DNA from: the human T2T-CHM13v2.0 reference genome, Homo sapiens
Length of the DNA stretch: 64,000 nt
Reading direction: 5' to 3' (one strand)
Assembly: GCF_009914755.1 (NCBI RefSeq)
Contig: NC_060939.1
Below are positions 55,350 to 64,000 of this stretch, in pieces. Every line of letters starts with the position of its first letter. Within the stretch, counting starts at the first letter, position 1. The translations under genes and the position numbers were made by a program. The notes under the pieces were generated by a model. The model did not search any database. It was not told where the DNA came from and saw only the letters and a list, made by a program, of their open reading frames with translations.

Positions 55350-55815
55350 TGGTGAACTGTTTGCAAAAATGGCCACGATTACTTCTTTCCTATGGCCATG
55401 CCCCTTTGCATCTGATTTTGAAGCTCCTCCCATCAAGAGATGGGATCAATTTCCCCTCACCTCTAATTCCAGCTGGCCTTGTGACTCACTTTGGTCAACA
55501 GAATGAGGCAGAGTGACAGCACCACCACTCTAAGCCTAGGCCTCCTGGGGTCCAGTGTACCTGTGTTCTCTCTCAGATCCCTGCAACACACCACAAAAGC
55601 AAGCCCAGGGTGACCTGCTACCATGAAAGGAATATGGCCCACGCACTGCTGCGGTCCCAGGGAATGTCTCGCCAGCCCCAAGCAGCAGAGCCACCTGACA
55701 GGCAGGTTACCATGGATAAACAGCAAGCCCAGCTAGACTAGAAAATCACCCAGCTGAGCTCAGCCTAAAATGCCAAGCAAAAGAATTGTTAGCTAAATAA
55801 GCAGTTACTATTTCA
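55350..55815 (+). mobile_element. MLT1G/H LTR
   Basis: gcaaaaatggccac..gctcctcccatcaagagatggg..gccttgtgactcactttggtcaacagaatg. Confidence 0.75.
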
Positions 55816-56360
55816 TACCAAAAATGAATTTAAAAATAAATAATCTACAGCCAATAAGGAAGTTCATTTCTCTTGAGACAGTAACTATAAAATATTTGGG
55901 ATTTCAAGCTTGATGCGCTTGAGATGACAGTACCAACTTGCTTGCAATTATATTATTTCAATATATAGAAGATGAGAGCAATGTTCTTGTAATTGTGAAG
56001 TCTTCCAAAACTAAAAGGCTTTAATATTAAATAAAGATGCAATTTAATTTACAATAGCATTAAAAAGAAGTAAATAATTAAGAGTATGTTTAACAAAAGA
56101 ATCTTGAACACCAAAAACTACAAGACATTGTTGAGAGAAATTAAAGAAGAGCTAAATAAATGAAGAGAAATTCCATGTGCATGGATTGGATGACTCAATT
56201 CTTACAATAATTCTTCCCAAAATGATCTGTAAACTCAATGCTGGCTCTATCAAAATCCTCTTTGTAATTCTACAACTAAGCATATGAAAGGATGCTCCAC
56301 ATCATATGCTATTAGGAAATCACAAATTTAAACAATGAGATGCCACTACACACCTATTAG

Positions 56361-56709
<349 letters not shown>

Positions 56710-57110
56710 TGAGGATGTGGAACAACAGGAACTGTCATTCATTGCTTGTCAGAATACAAAATGGTGCAGCCACTTTGGAAGGCATTTTGGCAGTTTCTTA
56801 CAGAACTAAACATACTCTTACCTTGTGATTCAGCAGTCACACTCCTTGATATTTACTCAACGGAGTTGAAAATGATGTTCACACAAAAATCTGCACACAA
56901 ATATTTATTCATAATTACTAGAACTTAGAAGCAATCAGGATGTACTTCGGACGGTGAGTGGATAAACTGTGGCTTATCCAGTCAATGTAACATTATTCTG
57001 CACTAAAAAGAAATGAGTTATTACTATAAAAAGATATAGAAAAACCATAAGGGCATATTACTAAGTGAAAGAAGCTAACTGAACAATGACATTCCATTGG
57101 ATTCCAACTA

Positions 57111-58611
<1,501 letters not shown>

Positions 58612-58748
58612 TATATTACATTCTGGAAAAGGCAAAACTAGGGAGGCATGGTGACCGGGCGCGGTGGCTCACACCTGTAATTCGAGCACTTTGGAAGGCC
58701 AAGGTGGGTGGATCACCTGAGGTCAGGAGTTCAAGACCAGCCTGGTCA

Positions 58749-58934
<186 letters not shown>

Positions 58935-59141
58935 TCAAAAAAAAAGATCTGTGGTTACCAGGGCCAGGAGTAAGAAGGATGAGTAGACAGAGTACAGAGG
59001 AATTTTAGGCAGTGAAACTACCCTGTGTGATATTACAACAGTGGACACATGCCATTAAACATTTGTCACAACCCATAGAAGTTACAACATGGAGTAAGCT
59101 CTCATGTAAACTATGAACTTCAGTTAATGATAATCTATTCT

Positions 59142-60085
59142 TATAGGCTGAACCTTGTGTCTCCCACATTCGCAAACCCACAGTACCTCAGAAGATACTT
59201 TCTTTGCAGCTGGTTGGAGATAAGGCCTTTAAAAGAGGTCATGAAGCTAAAAAGGAGGCATTAGGATATGCACCACTCCAACCTTCTTACAGGGACTAGT
59301 GTCCCTATAAGAAGAAATCTGGACACACAGAAAGATACCAGCAATACTCAAGTAGAGAAAAGACCAAGTATGGACATAGTGAGAAGGCAGCCATCTGCAA
59401 GCCAAGAAGAAGCCTCTAAAGAAAACAAGCTTTCTGACACCTTGACCTTGAACTTCTGGCCTCCATAACTGTGAGAAAATTAATTTCTGTTGTTTAAGTC
59501 AGTAGTCTCCAACATTTTTGGCACCAGGAACCAGTTTCATGGAAGACAATTTTCCCATGGACCAGGAAACGGAGGGGATGGTTTCAGGATGATTCAAGTG
59601 CATTACATTTATTGTGCACTTTATTTATATTATTATGGTGTAATATATAATGAAATAATTATTATACAACTCACTATAATGTAGAATCAGTGGGAGCCCT
59701 GAGCTTGTTTTCTTGCAACTAGATGGTCCCATCTGGGGGTGATGGGAGACAGTGACAGATCATCAGGCATTAGATTCTCATAAGGAGCACGCAACCTAGA
59801 CCCCTCGCATGTGAAGTTCACAGTAGGGTCCGCACTCTTACGAGAATCTGATGCTGCCACTGATCTGACAGGAGGCAAAGGTCAGGTGGTAACATGAGCA
59901 ATGGGAGTGACCGTAAATACAGATGAAACTTTGCTCACTCGCCCACCCCTCACCTCCTGCTGTGCAGCCCAGCTCCTAACAGGCCACAGACTGGTACCAG
60001 TCCATGGCCCGGGGACTGGGGACCCCTAGTTTAAGCCACCCAGTCTGTGGTATTTTGTTATGGAAGCCCTAGAAAACTAGTGTAT
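59142..60085 (+). mobile_element. MLT1B LTR interrupted by MER1A
   Basis: ggagataaggcctttaaa..gagaaggcagccatctgcaagcc..tgtttaag | ccacccagtctgtggtatttt. Confidence 0.85.
59500..60028 (-). mobile_element. MER1A, 8-bp TSD gtttaagt/gtttaagc
   Basis: Reverse-orientation copy of the same family as the element at 48854-49358. Confidence 0.9.
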
Positions 60086-60496
60086 ATGTCAATATTGGTT
60101 CATCAATTGTAACAAACGTACCTCACTAGCGCAATATGTTAACAATAGGGGAAATGATTGGGGGAGAGGATACATTGGAACTCTGTACTTGCCCCTCAAT
60201 TTTTCTATAAAACTAAAAACTATTCTAAAAATAAAGCTTATTCATATTTTTTAATGTATCAGGTATTTTATAAAGTGAGGTTGGACCTTTACTTTACATC
60301 ATACATAAAAAAATAATTCAAAATGGATCATAGACATGAATGTAAGAGCTAAAACTATAAAGCTTTTAGAAAAAGTAAAAATCTCCCCAACCTTGGGTTA
60401 GGCAAAGAGTTCTTAGATTCAACACCCAGAACACAATCAATTGACAAACCTAACTTCATCAATGTTTTAAATGTTTTGTTTCAAAAGGCACGACTG

Positions 60497-64000
<3,504 letters not shown>

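Overview
Primate (human-like) genomic DNA, recognisable from memory as the 3' half of FAM169B (now also called FAM169BP; 15q26.3, near IGF1R) on the minus strand, plus about 39 kb of downstream intergenic sequence. Three coding exons (54446-54264, 43596-43505, 42184-42065) splice in frame with canonical AG/GT sites. A fourth exon-like segment (48563-48430), not in the ORF track, is in phase with them but lacks a usable donor and runs into TGA. The 54.3 kb exon has a GNAT motif-A-like sequence whose key Arg position reads Trp, which suggests a decaying acetyltransferase-fold gene. There are two orphan CpG islands (about 23.7-24.7 kb, with a near-consensus CTCF site, and 30.6-31.2 kb). The rest is a dense, nested transposon record: about 20 Alus, MaLR/ERVL LTRs, a near full-length Tigger1, Tigger3, two MER1A, MER20, MER5A, L2, MIR and a 5'-intact L1PB. 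Simple repeats include (GGAA)13 and a 570-bp (GGAT)n. Most ORFs in the track are spurious repeat translations. Repeat subfamilies and gene identity come from recall of consensus sequences, not from a search, and most repeat boundaries are approximate.
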